Shown here one piece after another: positions 28,709 through 38,826 of a stretch of 64,000 nucleotides of DNA. Below the pieces are notes generated by a model. The model had not been told where the DNA came from. It worked only from the letters and a program-made list of their open reading frames with translations, and did no database searches. This DNA comes from Minisyncoccia bacterium (lineage in GTDB: Bacteria > Patescibacteriota > Minisyncoccia > Phycocordibacterales > UBA9973), in assembly GCA_039809245.1 (NCBI GenBank), contig JBDHUP010000002.1, forward strand, positions 11,188 through 75,187, in the 5' to 3' direction. Position 1 is the first letter of the stretch. Each line of letters starts with the position of its first letter. Made by a program: the position numbers and the translations under genes.

Positions 28709-30292
28709 ATGACTATTACTGATTACAAAACAGAAAGAGAGAATGATGTAAGTAAAATTAAGTCTTCTGTCCACCCTAAAAAGGTTGTCGTTGCAGGGCC
28801 TGGGACAGGTAAGAGTTTTTTGTTTCAAGAACTTATCAAAGAGAAGAAAAAGTCTGGTAAGACTGATTTTGTTGCTATTACATTCATAGGTAAATTAGGT
28901 GATGCACTTGCTGATGACCTCTGTGGTTTAGCTGAAACTATGACTATGCATGGTTTTGCGAGAAGATTTGTTCTAGAAAAGTGTAAGGGCTGGATTTATT
29001 ACCCTAGAATGTATGACATCATTAAAGCTGATTTAAAAAGCGAAGGTATTGATGATTTTGAAATTGGAGACGACAATTACAAAAAGAAAACTCTTTTTTA
29101 TAAAGCTGTTGGTGATGAAGATGTTGTTCATTACGCAATCCAGATATGTGAAAAGGACAAATCAAAGATTCCTACTCACGATTTAATATTAATTGATGAG
29201 TTCCAGGACTTTAATGAAAAAGAATCGCAATTTGTTGATTTGCTTGCTGAGAAAAATGAGATTGTGATAGTTGGCGATGACGATCAGGCACTCTATGAAT
29301 TCAAAGGCTCATCTCCAGCTTATATTAGAAGCAAACACCACACAAGCAATACAGATTTTGAAAGTCATACGTTGAGATTTTGTTCGAGATGTACTGATGT
29401 TGTGATTAAATATTTTCATGCTCTCGTGGAGAAATTTAACCTTAAAGATTCTACAAAAAATCGGATTGAAAAGGATTATATATGTTACGTGCCTGACAAA
29501 GAAAAAGATTCTAAAGCGAACCCACAAATACATCTTATAAAAAATTGCCCTAGTGGAATGATTGCTTTTAAGATAAGAGCTGAGTTAGAAAAACTTGTTA
29601 CCGAGCAAAAAATTAAAGACATTCTCATTATTGGTGAAGGAAGATCTTGCAAAGCTATCCTTGAATCGATAGCAAAGCAACTGAAACACTACGGATTTAA
29701 AAATGTAGATTACGGTAAATCTAATGGCTATCTAGATACTAAGCAGAATATTGTTGATGCTTATAAGTTCTTAGCGAATGATCCTGAGTCAGTTTTGGGT
29801 TGGCGAATACTTGATAATCCAACAGATCAAACTGAAAAAGAAAGGCATCTAAAAAATTCTAAGACCTTAAAAGTAATTATTTCAGGTAAATCTGCTGAGA
29901 TTAAAAAACTCAAAGATACTGCTATTGTCGAACTAGAAAAGACTATAGAAAATAATCACGTTGATGATCCCATCCTCAAGAGATCTGTTTTTATTGATGA
30001 ATTACGAGACCGAAACATTGTTCTCTCAAGACCCCTTGGAAACTTAAATATTACAGTATGCAATATTCTGAATTCGAAAGGACTTGGTGCTGATGTTGTA
30101 TTTTTGGTCGGATTTGACGATGGTAAATTTCCTGCAAAAAACATACCGACTGACAGCGAAATTTATCAAATGCTTGTTGCTATTACAAGATCGAAGAAGC
30201 GAATGTATCTCGTTAATACAACTGGAAAGAAAACATCAGTCTTTCTCGATTGCTTGGATGCCAGTGACTTAAGCACAAAAGAAATTAAGTAA
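28709..30292 (+). CDS. UvrD/Rep-like superfamily 1 helicase/ATPase (compact)
   Basis: AGPGTGKS, TMHGFA, IDEFQD, VGDDDQALY, SKGLGAD, VAITRSK. Confidence 0.88.
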   Translation: MTITDYKTERENDVSKIKSSVHPKKVVVAGPGTGKSFLFQELIKEKKKSGKTDFVAITFIGKLGDALADDLCGLAETMTMHGFARRFVLEKCKGWIYYPRMYDIIKADLKSEGIDDFEIGDDNYKKKTLFYKAVGDEDVVHYAIQICEKDKSKIPTHDLILIDEFQDFNEKESQFVDLLAEKNEIVIVGDDDQALYEFKGSSPAYIRSKHHTSNTDFESHTLRFCSRCTDVVIKYFHALVEKFNLKDSTKNRIEKDYICYVPDKEKDSKANPQIHLIKNCPSGMIAFKIRAELEKLVTEQKIKDILIIGEGRSCKAILESIAKQLKHYGFKNVDYGKSNGYLDTKQNIVDAYKFLANDPESVLGWRILDNPTDQTEKERHLKNSKTLKVIISGKSAEIKKLKDTAIVELEKTIENNHVDDPILKRSVFIDELRDRNIVLSRPLGNLNITVCNILNSKGLGADVVFLVGFDDGKFPAKNIPTDSEIYQMLVAITRSKKRMYLVNTTGKKTSVFLDCLDASDLSTKEIK

Positions 30293-30293
30293 T

Positions 30294-31418
30294 ATGAATA
30301 ATCCTCTTAAACAAAAGAATATTCCGAAAGGATGGGAATACGGTTCTCTTGGAGATTTTATTGTAGATATTAAAGATGGAGGAACTCCTTCTAGGCGTAA
30401 AGGTGAATATTTTGGTGGTGGTATACCATGGGTTGTCATCAAAGATATAAAATCTAGAATTTACTCTACAAACGAAACCCTTTCTAAATTAGGCATTGAA
30501 AATTCAAGTGCTAAGGTTTTTCCTGCAGGCACAGTTATTTTATCATTTGGTGCAACGATTGGAGAAGTTGGTATCGCAGAAGTTGATTTAGCTACAAAGC
30601 AAGGTATTGCCGGAGTTTTGCCAGATGTTTCAAAAATTACAACTGAATATTTATATTTTTTATTACAATCTCAAAAAAAGTTACTCAATCAAATGGCTAC
30701 AGGAAGTACTATTAAGGAAGTACGTCCAAATATTATCAAGAAAATTAATATACTTGTCCCCCCAATAAAAGAGCAGAAGAAAATTGCTGATATTTTGTTA
30801 TCTGTTGATGAAGAGATTCAAAAGGTTGAAGAGATAATTTCCGCGACTGAAAAATTAAAAAAAGGGCTGATGTCAGGATTATTTACTAAAGGAATTGGTA
30901 ATAATAAATTTCAAAAAACAAGAATCGGAGATATATTAACTTTAGAATACGGCAAACCATTAAAAGCATCAGATAGAGTCTCTGGAGATATACCAGTTTT
31001 TGGTTCAAACGGTATAGTTGGATATCATGATACAAGCTTAGTAAAAGGACCTGGTGTTATTGTAGGAAGAAAAGGAGGGGCTGGAGAAGTGATGTTTTCA
31101 GAAGTAGATTTTTATCCCATAGATACAGCTTATTTTGTAAAAACGGATTTTAATAAAAAATTTATTTATTATTTATTAGTAAATACAAACTTAAAAAAGC
31201 GTTCCGGAGGTAGTGCTGTTCCTGGATTAAATAGAAATGACGCATATTCTAAAATAGTGATTCTTCCAAAAAAAGAAGGTCAAGAGATAATTGTAAACAT
31301 TTTATCTTCTGTAGATAGAAAAATTATTACTTGTCAGAAATTAAAAACAAAATTATTAGAACTTAAAAAGGGATTAGTGTCGGATCTCCTGAGTGGAAGT
31401 AAAAGAGTAAAAATATGA
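30294..31418 (+). CDS. hsdS: Type I R-M specificity subunit
   Basis: IPKGWE, GGTPSR, PPIKEQKKIADIL, LKKGLMSGL; two TRDs. Confidence 0.93.
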   Translation: MNNPLKQKNIPKGWEYGSLGDFIVDIKDGGTPSRRKGEYFGGGIPWVVIKDIKSRIYSTNETLSKLGIENSSAKVFPAGTVILSFGATIGEVGIAEVDLATKQGIAGVLPDVSKITTEYLYFLLQSQKKLLNQMATGSTIKEVRPNIIKKINILVPPIKEQKKIADILLSVDEEIQKVEEIISATEKLKKGLMSGLFTKGIGNNKFQKTRIGDILTLEYGKPLKASDRVSGDIPVFGSNGIVGYHDTSLVKGPGVIVGRKGGAGEVMFSEVDFYPIDTAYFVKTDFNKKFIYYLLVNTNLKKRSGGSAVPGLNRNDAYSKIVILPKKEGQEIIVNILSSVDRKIITCQKLKTKLLELKKGLVSDLLSGSKRVKI

Positions 31419-32473
31419 AATTACTATTTTTAGATTCAAATATATTCCTTAATTTCTATGATTTTCATGATGAAGATCTAACTCAACTTGCGAAGTTGGT
31501 GGATGTAATAAAGGCTAAAGAAATAAAGCTCTTTTTGACTACTCAAGTTTGTGAGGAAATTAAGAAAAACAGAGAGGCTCGATTAAAGGTTGCGTATGAG
31601 AAAATCGTAGATTCAAAAGTAACTTTAGCTATTCCTCCTTTTTGTAAACACTACGATGAGTATTCTGATATTAAGCGTGCTCAAAATATTCTTGATCAAT
31701 TAAAATCTGAACTAAGTAAGAAACTTTGGGAAGATATACAAAATCACACACTACAAGCTGATAAAATTATTAACGACCTTATCAATGAGAGTAGTATAAT
31801 TGATTCAGATAAATATTTGCCTCAGGCAATACAAAGGCATCAATTAGGTAGACCGCCTGGAAAGAAAGATAGGAGTTATGGCGACGAGATTAACTGGGAG
31901 GCAATTTTAGCTGAAGTGTCTGGTGAGGGTGAATTTATACTTCTTAGTAAAGATGGCGACTATGCTCATGCAATAGATGATCAGTCGCTAAAAGACTATC
32001 TTGTTGATGAATGGAAGAAGAGTCATCCAGATAATGAAATATTTTTCTACAAAAGCTTAACTAAATTTTTCACTGAGCATGATATCAAGATCGAGTTGCG
32101 TATAGAACAGGAAAAAGATGAACTTGTTCGAGACTTGATTAACAGTCACAACTTCTTAAATACACACATTATAGTAAGTAGTCTCTCTAAATACAGTAGT
32201 TTTACAGATGATCAGGTAAGAGGTATAGCAAATGCTTTGAGTGAAAATAGTCAGGTTAGATGGATTATTGATGATGCCGATGTAAAGGAATTTTATAGAG
32301 ACAATCTTCTTCCTAGGTTAGACTTATTTGATTCCGAGACACAGCAAAGTATTAGAGGCTTAATTCAAGGTGAAGAAGTTGCGGATTTGTCTGCCGAATT
32401 GAATAATCTTGAAGAAAAACTTAAAGAAGAAAAAGATGAAGAAAGTGATAATGAAGAAGATATTCCATTTTAA
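31415..32473 (+). CDS. PIN-like domain protein (DUF4935-type)
   Basis: LFLDSNIFL, QVCEE, PPGKK..YGDEINWE, SKDGDY acidic residues; acidic tail ending DIPF. Confidence 0.8.
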   Translation: MKLLFLDSNIFLNFYDFHDEDLTQLAKLVDVIKAKEIKLFLTTQVCEEIKKNREARLKVAYEKIVDSKVTLAIPPFCKHYDEYSDIKRAQNILDQLKSELSKKLWEDIQNHTLQADKIINDLINESSIIDSDKYLPQAIQRHQLGRPPGKKDRSYGDEINWEAILAEVSGEGEFILLSKDGDYAHAIDDQSLKDYLVDEWKKSHPDNEIFFYKSLTKFFTEHDIKIELRIEQEKDELVRDLINSHNFLNTHIIVSSLSKYSSFTDDQVRGIANALSENSQVRWIIDDADVKEFYRDNLLPRLDLFDSETQQSIRGLIQGEEVADLSAELNNLEEKLKEEKDEESDNEEDIPF

Positions 32474-32482
32474 CTAAACAAT

Positions 32483-35395
32483 ATGAAATTCAACGAATTA
32501 TATACAATAGAAAAACACGTTATAAAATTCATCCAAGAAAAACTTGGCTATGAGTTTATTCCTGCTGAAGAGTTTTCAAAACTTCGTGCTTTCGAAAACG
32601 AGGTTATTATCACTTCACACCTTATTGAATCTGTTCAAAAGATAAATGAGGTTGATGAAACTTTGGCTCAAAGTGTCGTTCGTGAGATCAAGAAACTTGA
32701 TACCAATGAAGCATTTTTACTTACGATGCGAAATGGTGTAAATCTTAAAGATCCTGCAACTGGCAAGAATCGTGATTTTCAGATTGTTGATTTTGATAAT
32801 GCCGACAACAACCGATTTGTTGTTACAAGTCAGTTCTACTTCGAGGGCACCACAGAAAACATTCGCCCTGACGTGATGATTTTCTTGAACGGTCTACCTA
32901 TCTCTGATATTGAAGCAAAAAGCCCCACCGCTTCTAGCTCGGTAAGCTTTGAGAATGCTATTGATCAGATCAAGCGATACGAAAAAGTTGCATCAAAACT
33001 ATTTCTCCCTAACTGCTTTAATATTGCAACAGACGGACTAAAAACAGTGTATGGAGCAACTTATTCTCCAAAGCAATACTTTTTGACTTGGCGAGAAGAT
33101 CCACATAGTGAATCAAAGATGTTTGAAGATGAGCTTGATTCAACACTCTACTTCCTATTTGAAAAAGAAAGACTCCTTGATGTCTTGAAGAACTTTATTG
33201 TATTTGAAAAGAAGAAAGACGGATCTATTAAAAAGATAGCTCGATATCAGCAACTGTACGCTTCTAATAAAATTGTAGAGAGAGTTAAGGATGGTGACCA
33301 TAAAAAAGGTCTTATTTGGCATACTCAAGGATCTGGAAAGACTCTGACCATGTTTTTTACTGCTTGGAAGCTTCGATATGCACCTGAGCTTAAAAACCCA
33401 AAGGTATTTATTCTCATCGACCGTATTGATCTTGATGATCAAGTATTTGAAGAGTTTGAAGCTTGGGGTGGTCAGAACCTCATTCGAGTTGAGTCTCGTA
33501 AGGATCTCGAAAAGAAAATCAAAGGTGCAGACCGAGGTATCTTTATTTCAACTATCCAGAAATTTACTGAACTAGAAGAAATTGAAAGTATTGATGGAAA
33601 TGTCATCGTTCTTTCTGATGAAGCCCACCGAGATAACGAGGGAGTATCTGCTATCAAGATGCGTAATGCATTTAAAGATGCGTTCTTCTTTGGGTTCACT
33701 GGAACTCCTATTGATAAACTAACTCTTAATACACACCGCAACTTTGGTGAAGATGGAGAGCGATATCTTGATTATTATTCTATTCAACAAGCTATTGATG
33801 ATGGTGCGACGTTGCCTGTTACCTATGAAGCTCGACTTTCTAAATTCTTTATTGACGAGGAAACCGTAGACAAAAAGTTCAATGAACTAACTACTGATCT
33901 GAGCAAAGAACAGAAAGAACTCCTTACAAAGAGGTACGGAAAGAAGGAAGCTCTGGTAAAGCTAGAGAAACGAATGGAAGCAGTCATTCAGGATATTGTT
34001 GAACATTACAAGCTGTATGTCCTTCCAAACGGGTTTAAAGCACAGATTGTGTGTTATGACCGAGAAGCAACAGCAAAGTATAAAGACTTGCTTGATAAGC
34101 TTGTGCCATCAGAATGGTCAGAAGTTGTATATTCTCCCGCTGATCCAAATAGTGATAGCGACGACCTAAAAAAATACAACACGAACAAACAAAAGCGAGA
34201 GAAGATTATTGAACAATTCAAAGACCCAACTCATCCTCTAAAGTTTCTACTTGTCTGTGACATGCTTTTGACTGGTTTTGATGCTCCAGTTGAACAGGTA
34301 ATGTACCTTGATAAGCCACTCCGAGACCATAATCTTCTACAAGCTATTGCTCGTACAAACCGTGTCTACCCAAACAAAGGGTGTGGAAAGATTATTGACT
34401 ACTATGGTGTGACTAAGAACCTCTATGATGCTCTCAATTTTGATGAGAGTGTGGTTGATAGTGCGATGATCAATATTGATAAGTTGAAAGAAGACTTCAA
34501 AAAGGTGCTTGATGAAGTCATGAGTCTTTTCGAGGGGGTTAATATTGAAGATCCTTCAATTGAAAACCTTCGTCGATGTCTCAAGATATTTATCGACAAT
34601 CAAAGCAAACAACAATTCTTCAAAGACAAATATGGTCGTCTAAAGATGTTGTTTGAGATACTTTCTCCCGATCCATTCCTTATTGAGTATCTACGCAAAT
34701 TTGAGTGGATTACCAGTTTCTATCTTGCTTTTAGTAAAGAATTTCAACCAGAAGGAGTTGATGCGTTTTCTCTTGCTGAATACGGAGAGAAAATCAAAAA
34801 CCTTATCCAAGACAAGATTGATTATGAGGGAATCACTAAGAATTTCCGTGAGCTATCGGTACACGATCTCGCTACACTTAACAAACTAGACAAACTTCCT
34901 GATGAAGATAAGGCTCTTAATCTTGAAAAGATGCTTAAACGTGAGATCTCTATCAACATAGACACACACCCAGCATTTAAAGGATTTGGTGAGCGACTTT
35001 CCTCAATTAGACAAGAGTTTGAGAAACATCAGATTGATCTTGCTGAACGTATCAAGCGTTACTACGAACTTCTGAACGATATCAAGACCAAAACTGAAGA
35101 AGCAAAGGAACTTGGTTATTCTCTCCATGAATACGGACTCTTTGTAATTTCTGAGGAATTCATTAGCGAATCAGATCAAGCGGTTATAAAAGAATTCATC
35201 AAGGAAATGTCATCTCGATTGGAGGATGTTCTTGATGAGGGATGGCAAAACTCATCAAAGCGTGAGGAGTTTATAAAAGAAGCCAAGAGAACATTGCAGG
35301 AGTTAATTCTTAAAGACTACAAGAACAAGATTCAGATTTCTGACTTCCAAAAATATCTCAATCGTTTGATTGATGTAGTTATTAAAAAATTCTAA
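32483..35395 (+). CDS. hsdR: Type I R-M restriction subunit
   Basis: RPD...IEAK nuclease, WHTQGSGKT, DEAHR, FTGTP, MLLTGFDAP, QAIARTNR. Confidence 0.96.
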   Translation: MKFNELYTIEKHVIKFIQEKLGYEFIPAEEFSKLRAFENEVIITSHLIESVQKINEVDETLAQSVVREIKKLDTNEAFLLTMRNGVNLKDPATGKNRDFQIVDFDNADNNRFVVTSQFYFEGTTENIRPDVMIFLNGLPISDIEAKSPTASSSVSFENAIDQIKRYEKVASKLFLPNCFNIATDGLKTVYGATYSPKQYFLTWREDPHSESKMFEDELDSTLYFLFEKERLLDVLKNFIVFEKKKDGSIKKIARYQQLYASNKIVERVKDGDHKKGLIWHTQGSGKTLTMFFTAWKLRYAPELKNPKVFILIDRIDLDDQVFEEFEAWGGQNLIRVESRKDLEKKIKGADRGIFISTIQKFTELEEIESIDGNVIVLSDEAHRDNEGVSAIKMRNAFKDAFFFGFTGTPIDKLTLNTHRNFGEDGERYLDYYSIQQAIDDGATLPVTYEARLSKFFIDEETVDKKFNELTTDLSKEQKELLTKRYGKKEALVKLEKRMEAVIQDIVEHYKLYVLPNGFKAQIVCYDREATAKYKDLLDKLVPSEWSEVVYSPADPNSDSDDLKKYNTNKQKREKIIEQFKDPTHPLKFLLVCDMLLTGFDAPVEQVMYLDKPLRDHNLLQAIARTNRVYPNKGCGKIIDYYGVTKNLYDALNFDESVVDSAMINIDKLKEDFKKVLDEVMSLFEGVNIEDPSIENLRRCLKIFIDNQSKQQFFKDKYGRLKMLFEILSPDPFLIEYLRKFEWITSFYLAFSKEFQPEGVDAFSLAEYGEKIKNLIQDKIDYEGITKNFRELSVHDLATLNKLDKLPDEDKALNLEKMLKREISINIDTHPAFKGFGERLSSIRQEFEKHQIDLAERIKRYYELLNDIKTKTEEAKELGYSLHEYGLFVISEEFISESDQAVIKEFIKEMSSRLEDVLDEGWQNSSKREEFIKEAKRTLQELILKDYKNKIQISDFQKYLNRLIDVVIKKF

Positions 35396-35397
35396 CT

Positions 35398-35967
35398 ATG
35401 AAAAAGCATATAGAACTTCACAAAAGAAAAGTTCCATATACGCTCAAAGTAAGTAAGCGAGCAAAAAGACTCCGCCTCGCAATTTATTGTGATGGTGCTT
35501 TTGTTGTGACCACTCCTCGAAATGTTGAGGTTTCAGTTATTGAGAAATTCATCATACAAAGATCTCAGTGGGTTATCGATAAGTTAGATTACTTCAGCCA
35601 ATTCTCTGATGTATTCAAAAAGAAGAATACTCAAGCAGAATATTTGAAGTACAAAGAAGAGGCTCTATCTTTAGCCGAGAAAAAGGTTAAGAAATTCAAT
35701 AAGATTTACAAATTCTCTTACAACAAGATTAATATCAAAAATCAAAAGACTCGCTGGGGTAGCTGTTCTAAAAAAGGTAACCTTAATTTCAACTATAAAA
35801 TTGCGTTGTTGCCTGAACGTCTTGCTGAGTACATAGTCGTACACGAACTCTGCCACCTTGGACAATTTAATCACTCTCAGAAGTTTTGGAATTTGGTAGC
35901 CAAGGCTATACCTGACTATCTAGAGATCAAGGAGGAGTTAAAAAGAAGTGGTTTAAGATTTCATTAA
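35398..35967 (+). CDS. YgjP/DUF45 (M48/SprT-like) zinc metallohydrolase
   Basis: QKTRWGSCS, YIVVHELCHL, NHSQKFW. Confidence 0.92.
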   Translation: MKKHIELHKRKVPYTLKVSKRAKRLRLAIYCDGAFVVTTPRNVEVSVIEKFIIQRSQWVIDKLDYFSQFSDVFKKKNTQAEYLKYKEEALSLAEKKVKKFNKIYKFSYNKINIKNQKTRWGSCSKKGNLNFNYKIALLPERLAEYIVVHELCHLGQFNHSQKFWNLVAKAIPDYLEIKEELKRSGLRFH

Positions 35968-35968
35968 T

Positions 35969-36214
35969 ATGGATGACTGGAGCTTCAACATACCCAAAAA
36001 GATTTTGAGAGTATTATTGATTGGTGCAGTCATACTTGCTGTTCTCTACGGGGTTTTTACTGGTGACTCAAAGAAAGGTGCTGATTTTTATATGAAGGAG
36101 GTTAAATTTATTATGACTCCAATAATAAATAAAATGCAAAATCGTATGGAAAAGATATTCGATAGAGCACTTAATAAAACTCAAGAGAACCAGAGTGAGA
36201 ATGTCGAAAACTAA
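35969..36214 (+). CDS. Small hypothetical membrane protein
   Basis: One TM segment; starts 1 nt after the preceding stop. Confidence 0.55.
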   Translation: MDDWSFNIPKKILRVLLIGAVILAVLYGVFTGDSKKGADFYMKEVKFIMTPIINKMQNRMEKIFDRALNKTQENQSENVEN

Positions 36215-37668
36215 CCGAACAATATTCCACCTGAAACTGGATTATTCTCAATAATTTTAAGAACCACGATGGAAAAAGCGTCAGCTAAGTCATCGTGTTT
36301 TTCTTTTCCAAATCCAAGAAGTTGCTCGATTAATTCTTCACAACCGCTTTCAGGAAATAAAATGCGTCCGTCCTTTAACAATGGAGTCGTGAGTCGTAAT
36401 CGTGCACCTTTGTCGTTTCTTCCTGTTGGCACACCCTCAATGTCATACTTTTGACTCTCAAAGAATTGGATCAATGCTTTTTGATATCCAACATCTTCCA
36501 CAAAAAGTTTTACCCGATTGTGTTTCATTTTCTCGGTTGCCACCAACGCTTTGATAAATTCTGCGTGTACAGGAAATGAACTCCTTTTGTTATAAGGATG
36601 CTTTTGAATATAGATTTTCATATTTTTCCCTGTGCCGTATACATATGCAACGACAATAGCGGTGCAGTCAGCTGAATCTTTTTCACTTACCGCCAAATCG
36701 ATACCTATACAGATACTTCTAAATCCATCGGCAGGCATTTTGTCATAGAATGTGATCCATTCAGGCAAGACAATCTGCTCGTCAGTCGCAATGATCTGAA
36801 GCATATACTCACGAAACCACGCAACATCATCCATAGTTTTTTCTCGCTCAGCTTCAACATCTTCTGGAGCAGGATACTTGCCGGGCCATAAAGGATTGCC
36901 CTTGGGATCAACAATAGGATATTCACGGTATACAGCCTTAATGCGACTCATTTCACCATTTTCGATTTTCTTTTGTAGTCGCTTCAGCACAGAGTCCTCA
37001 TGAAGTAAGTTACCCACAGCAATGATTCTCGTTTTCTTGGTTCCTGCAGGGATTACTTCACTTACAAGCCAGTTGAATGTTTTATCACGACCAACACGAG
37101 TTTTAACCGATTGGGTATCTTCAATGTCGTCTATGATAATAAGGTCGGGGCGATGTTGATCGTGTCTTACTCCACGGATGCTTTGCTCTACAGAGCTGAT
37201 CATAATCTTCACATTGAGTCTCTTGATAATGAGTGCCGTAGCATTACCGAGATTGTTCTTTTCTTCTTCAAAAGGTCCAAGGTCTTTTCGCAGAAGGTCA
37301 TTATTTAAAAGCTGACTTTTTATATTCAAAAGATACTGCCGTGCTTTTTGCTCAGTTTGACCACAAATAACAATAAGCTTTCTTTGCTGTATACCGAGGA
37401 TAGACCATAGGACATACGCTGTTGAAATGATGGTTGATTTTGCTAAACCACGGAATGCAACAAACACTGCAAGTTTAATGCGATCATCTTCAAGAATACG
37501 AAACATCTCCTCGTGAAAGGGTGCTGTCTCATACTCCATGTATTGGTGAAAATATATTGGGAAAAAGAATTCAAAACTATTTTGTACAGTATGTTTTCGT
37601 ACTGTTTGATCAATAAGAATTTTCTCAAAAATATCTTCACTATTCCTTTGTGTCTTTAAACTTGGCAT
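36211..37668 (-). CDS. Phage terminase large subunit
   Basis: AFRGLAKST Walker A, LIIIDDIED Walker B, IGIDLA and HDDLADA nuclease motifs; start taken as ATG 37668. Confidence 0.88.
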   Translation of the reverse strand: MPSLKTQRNSEDIFEKILIDQTVRKHTVQNSFEFFFPIYFHQYMEYETAPFHEEMFRILEDDRIKLAVFVAFRGLAKSTIISTAYVLWSILGIQQRKLIVICGQTEQKARQYLLNIKSQLLNNDLLRKDLGPFEEEKNNLGNATALIIKRLNVKIMISSVEQSIRGVRHDQHRPDLIIIDDIEDTQSVKTRVGRDKTFNWLVSEVIPAGTKKTRIIAVGNLLHEDSVLKRLQKKIENGEMSRIKAVYREYPIVDPKGNPLWPGKYPAPEDVEAEREKTMDDVAWFREYMLQIIATDEQIVLPEWITFYDKMPADGFRSICIGIDLAVSEKDSADCTAIVVAYVYGTGKNMKIYIQKHPYNKRSSFPVHAEFIKALVATEKMKHNRVKLFVEDVGYQKALIQFFESQKYDIEGVPTGRNDKGARLRLTTPLLKDGRILFPESGCEELIEQLLGFGKEKHDDLADAFSIVVLKIIENNPVSGGILFG

Positions 37669-38071
37669 GTTTGCGTAATGATGAAAGTTTGAGTGCGGCA
37701 CGAATGAGCTTCTTTTCTTCTTTCGTCAGAGGCTTTTCTTTTGATTCAATACTTCCTGAAAGCTCAAGTTTGTTGCTGTACCGTGGATTGTGAGTTGAGA
37801 GATATAACCGAATAGCCTCTATCTTTCTCTCACTAATCAGAGCAAAGAGTTGGTTCTCAGCAACATCTGACATAAATTTTCTACCCTCGTTAAGAGACTC
37901 ATCAATTTGCCGTTCAAACTTCTTACTATTCGCAATCCATCGATAAACCGTAGCTCGTGATACACCAACTTTTTGACAGGAAGTTTCAAGAGTGGGCGTA
38001 CGCTTGAGCTGGTCGAGCAAAGCTTCTTTGATACGCGATTGCCTTTGTTGTATTGAATCTTTTCTACTCAT
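37640..38071 (-). CDS. HTH protein, probable terminase small subunit
   Basis: SCQKVGVSRATVYRW HTH, AIRLYL..NPRY..KLEL; overlaps the terL start. Confidence 0.7.
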   Translation of the reverse strand: MSRKDSIQQRQSRIKEALLDQLKRTPTLETSCQKVGVSRATVYRWIANSKKFERQIDESLNEGRKFMSDVAENQLFALISERKIEAIRLYLSTHNPRYSNKLELSGSIESKEKPLTKEEKKLIRAALKLSSLRKHAKFKDTKE

Positions 38072-38826
38072 AGTTTTTCTGCTTTGACTCCAGACAGCTT
38101 TTCAAAACGATCAATGACTGTTTGACAGTATTCAATATCCATCTCGACTCCGATGCATATACGCTTTGTCTGCTCGCACGCAAGCAATGTTGTACCTGAA
38201 CCTAGAAACCCATCAAAAACCACATCTCCGATCCGTGTACTATTTAGTACAAGTCTACGAATAAGATCGATTGGCTTTGTCGATGGATGCATTTTGCTTT
38301 TATTTGGTTTTGGACAAACCAAGACACTCTTGTCTTTTGATTTCAAAAACTCATGTGTGCCATGCCACCCGTATGCGATTAGTTCATGTTGAGGTGCATA
38401 GTCCATACGACCGATGACTGCATGAGTTTTCACCCAAATGAGAAGTTGTCCAAATTTAAGACCTGCTTCGTGCATTCCTTCACGCAAAGCAAATACCATC
38501 TTGTCTGAATTAAAGATATAAAAGCTATTTTTACGATCAAGGTGGGGTCTAATAGCCTCAATCCAATCACGGGTGAAAGTTTTATATTCCAGATCGCTTT
38601 GTAAGTGATCGTTGAGTATTGGTTTATTCTTGGCGAGTGTCTGAAATCCTTCCTTACTTTCAGCTACGGCTACTCCATAGGGTGGGTCAGAGATTACTGC
38701 TTTGATTTTGTGTGTACTAACAAGCCTTGCGATCATATCCTTGTTTCGTGAATCTGCACACAAAAGCAAATGCTGTCCTAACCGAAATGCATCGCCGTAT
38801 TTAATTGAGCTTTGTGACTTTTTCAT
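38068..38826 (-). CDS. DNA N4/N6 methyltransferase (beta class, phage type)
   Basis: SDPPYG, HPSTKP, FDGFLGSGTT. Confidence 0.92.
   Translation of the reverse strand: MKKSQSSIKYGDAFRLGQHLLLCADSRNKDMIARLVSTHKIKAVISDPPYGVAVAESKEGFQTLAKNKPILNDHLQSDLEYKTFTRDWIEAIRPHLDRKNSFYIFNSDKMVFALREGMHEAGLKFGQLLIWVKTHAVIGRMDYAPQHELIAYGWHGTHEFLKSKDKSVLVCPKPNKSKMHPSTKPIDLIRRLVLNSTRIGDVVFDGFLGSGTTLLACEQTKRICIGVEMDIEYCQTVIDRFEKLSGVKAEKL

Noticed and set aside
28709-30292. Gabija system
   Set aside because: A GajB-like helicase is present, but there is no OLD/TOPRIM ATPase-nuclease (GajA) nearby.
35398-35967. YgjP/DUF45 gene as a novel R-M partner
   Set aside because: Its position after hsdR is a common, known association.
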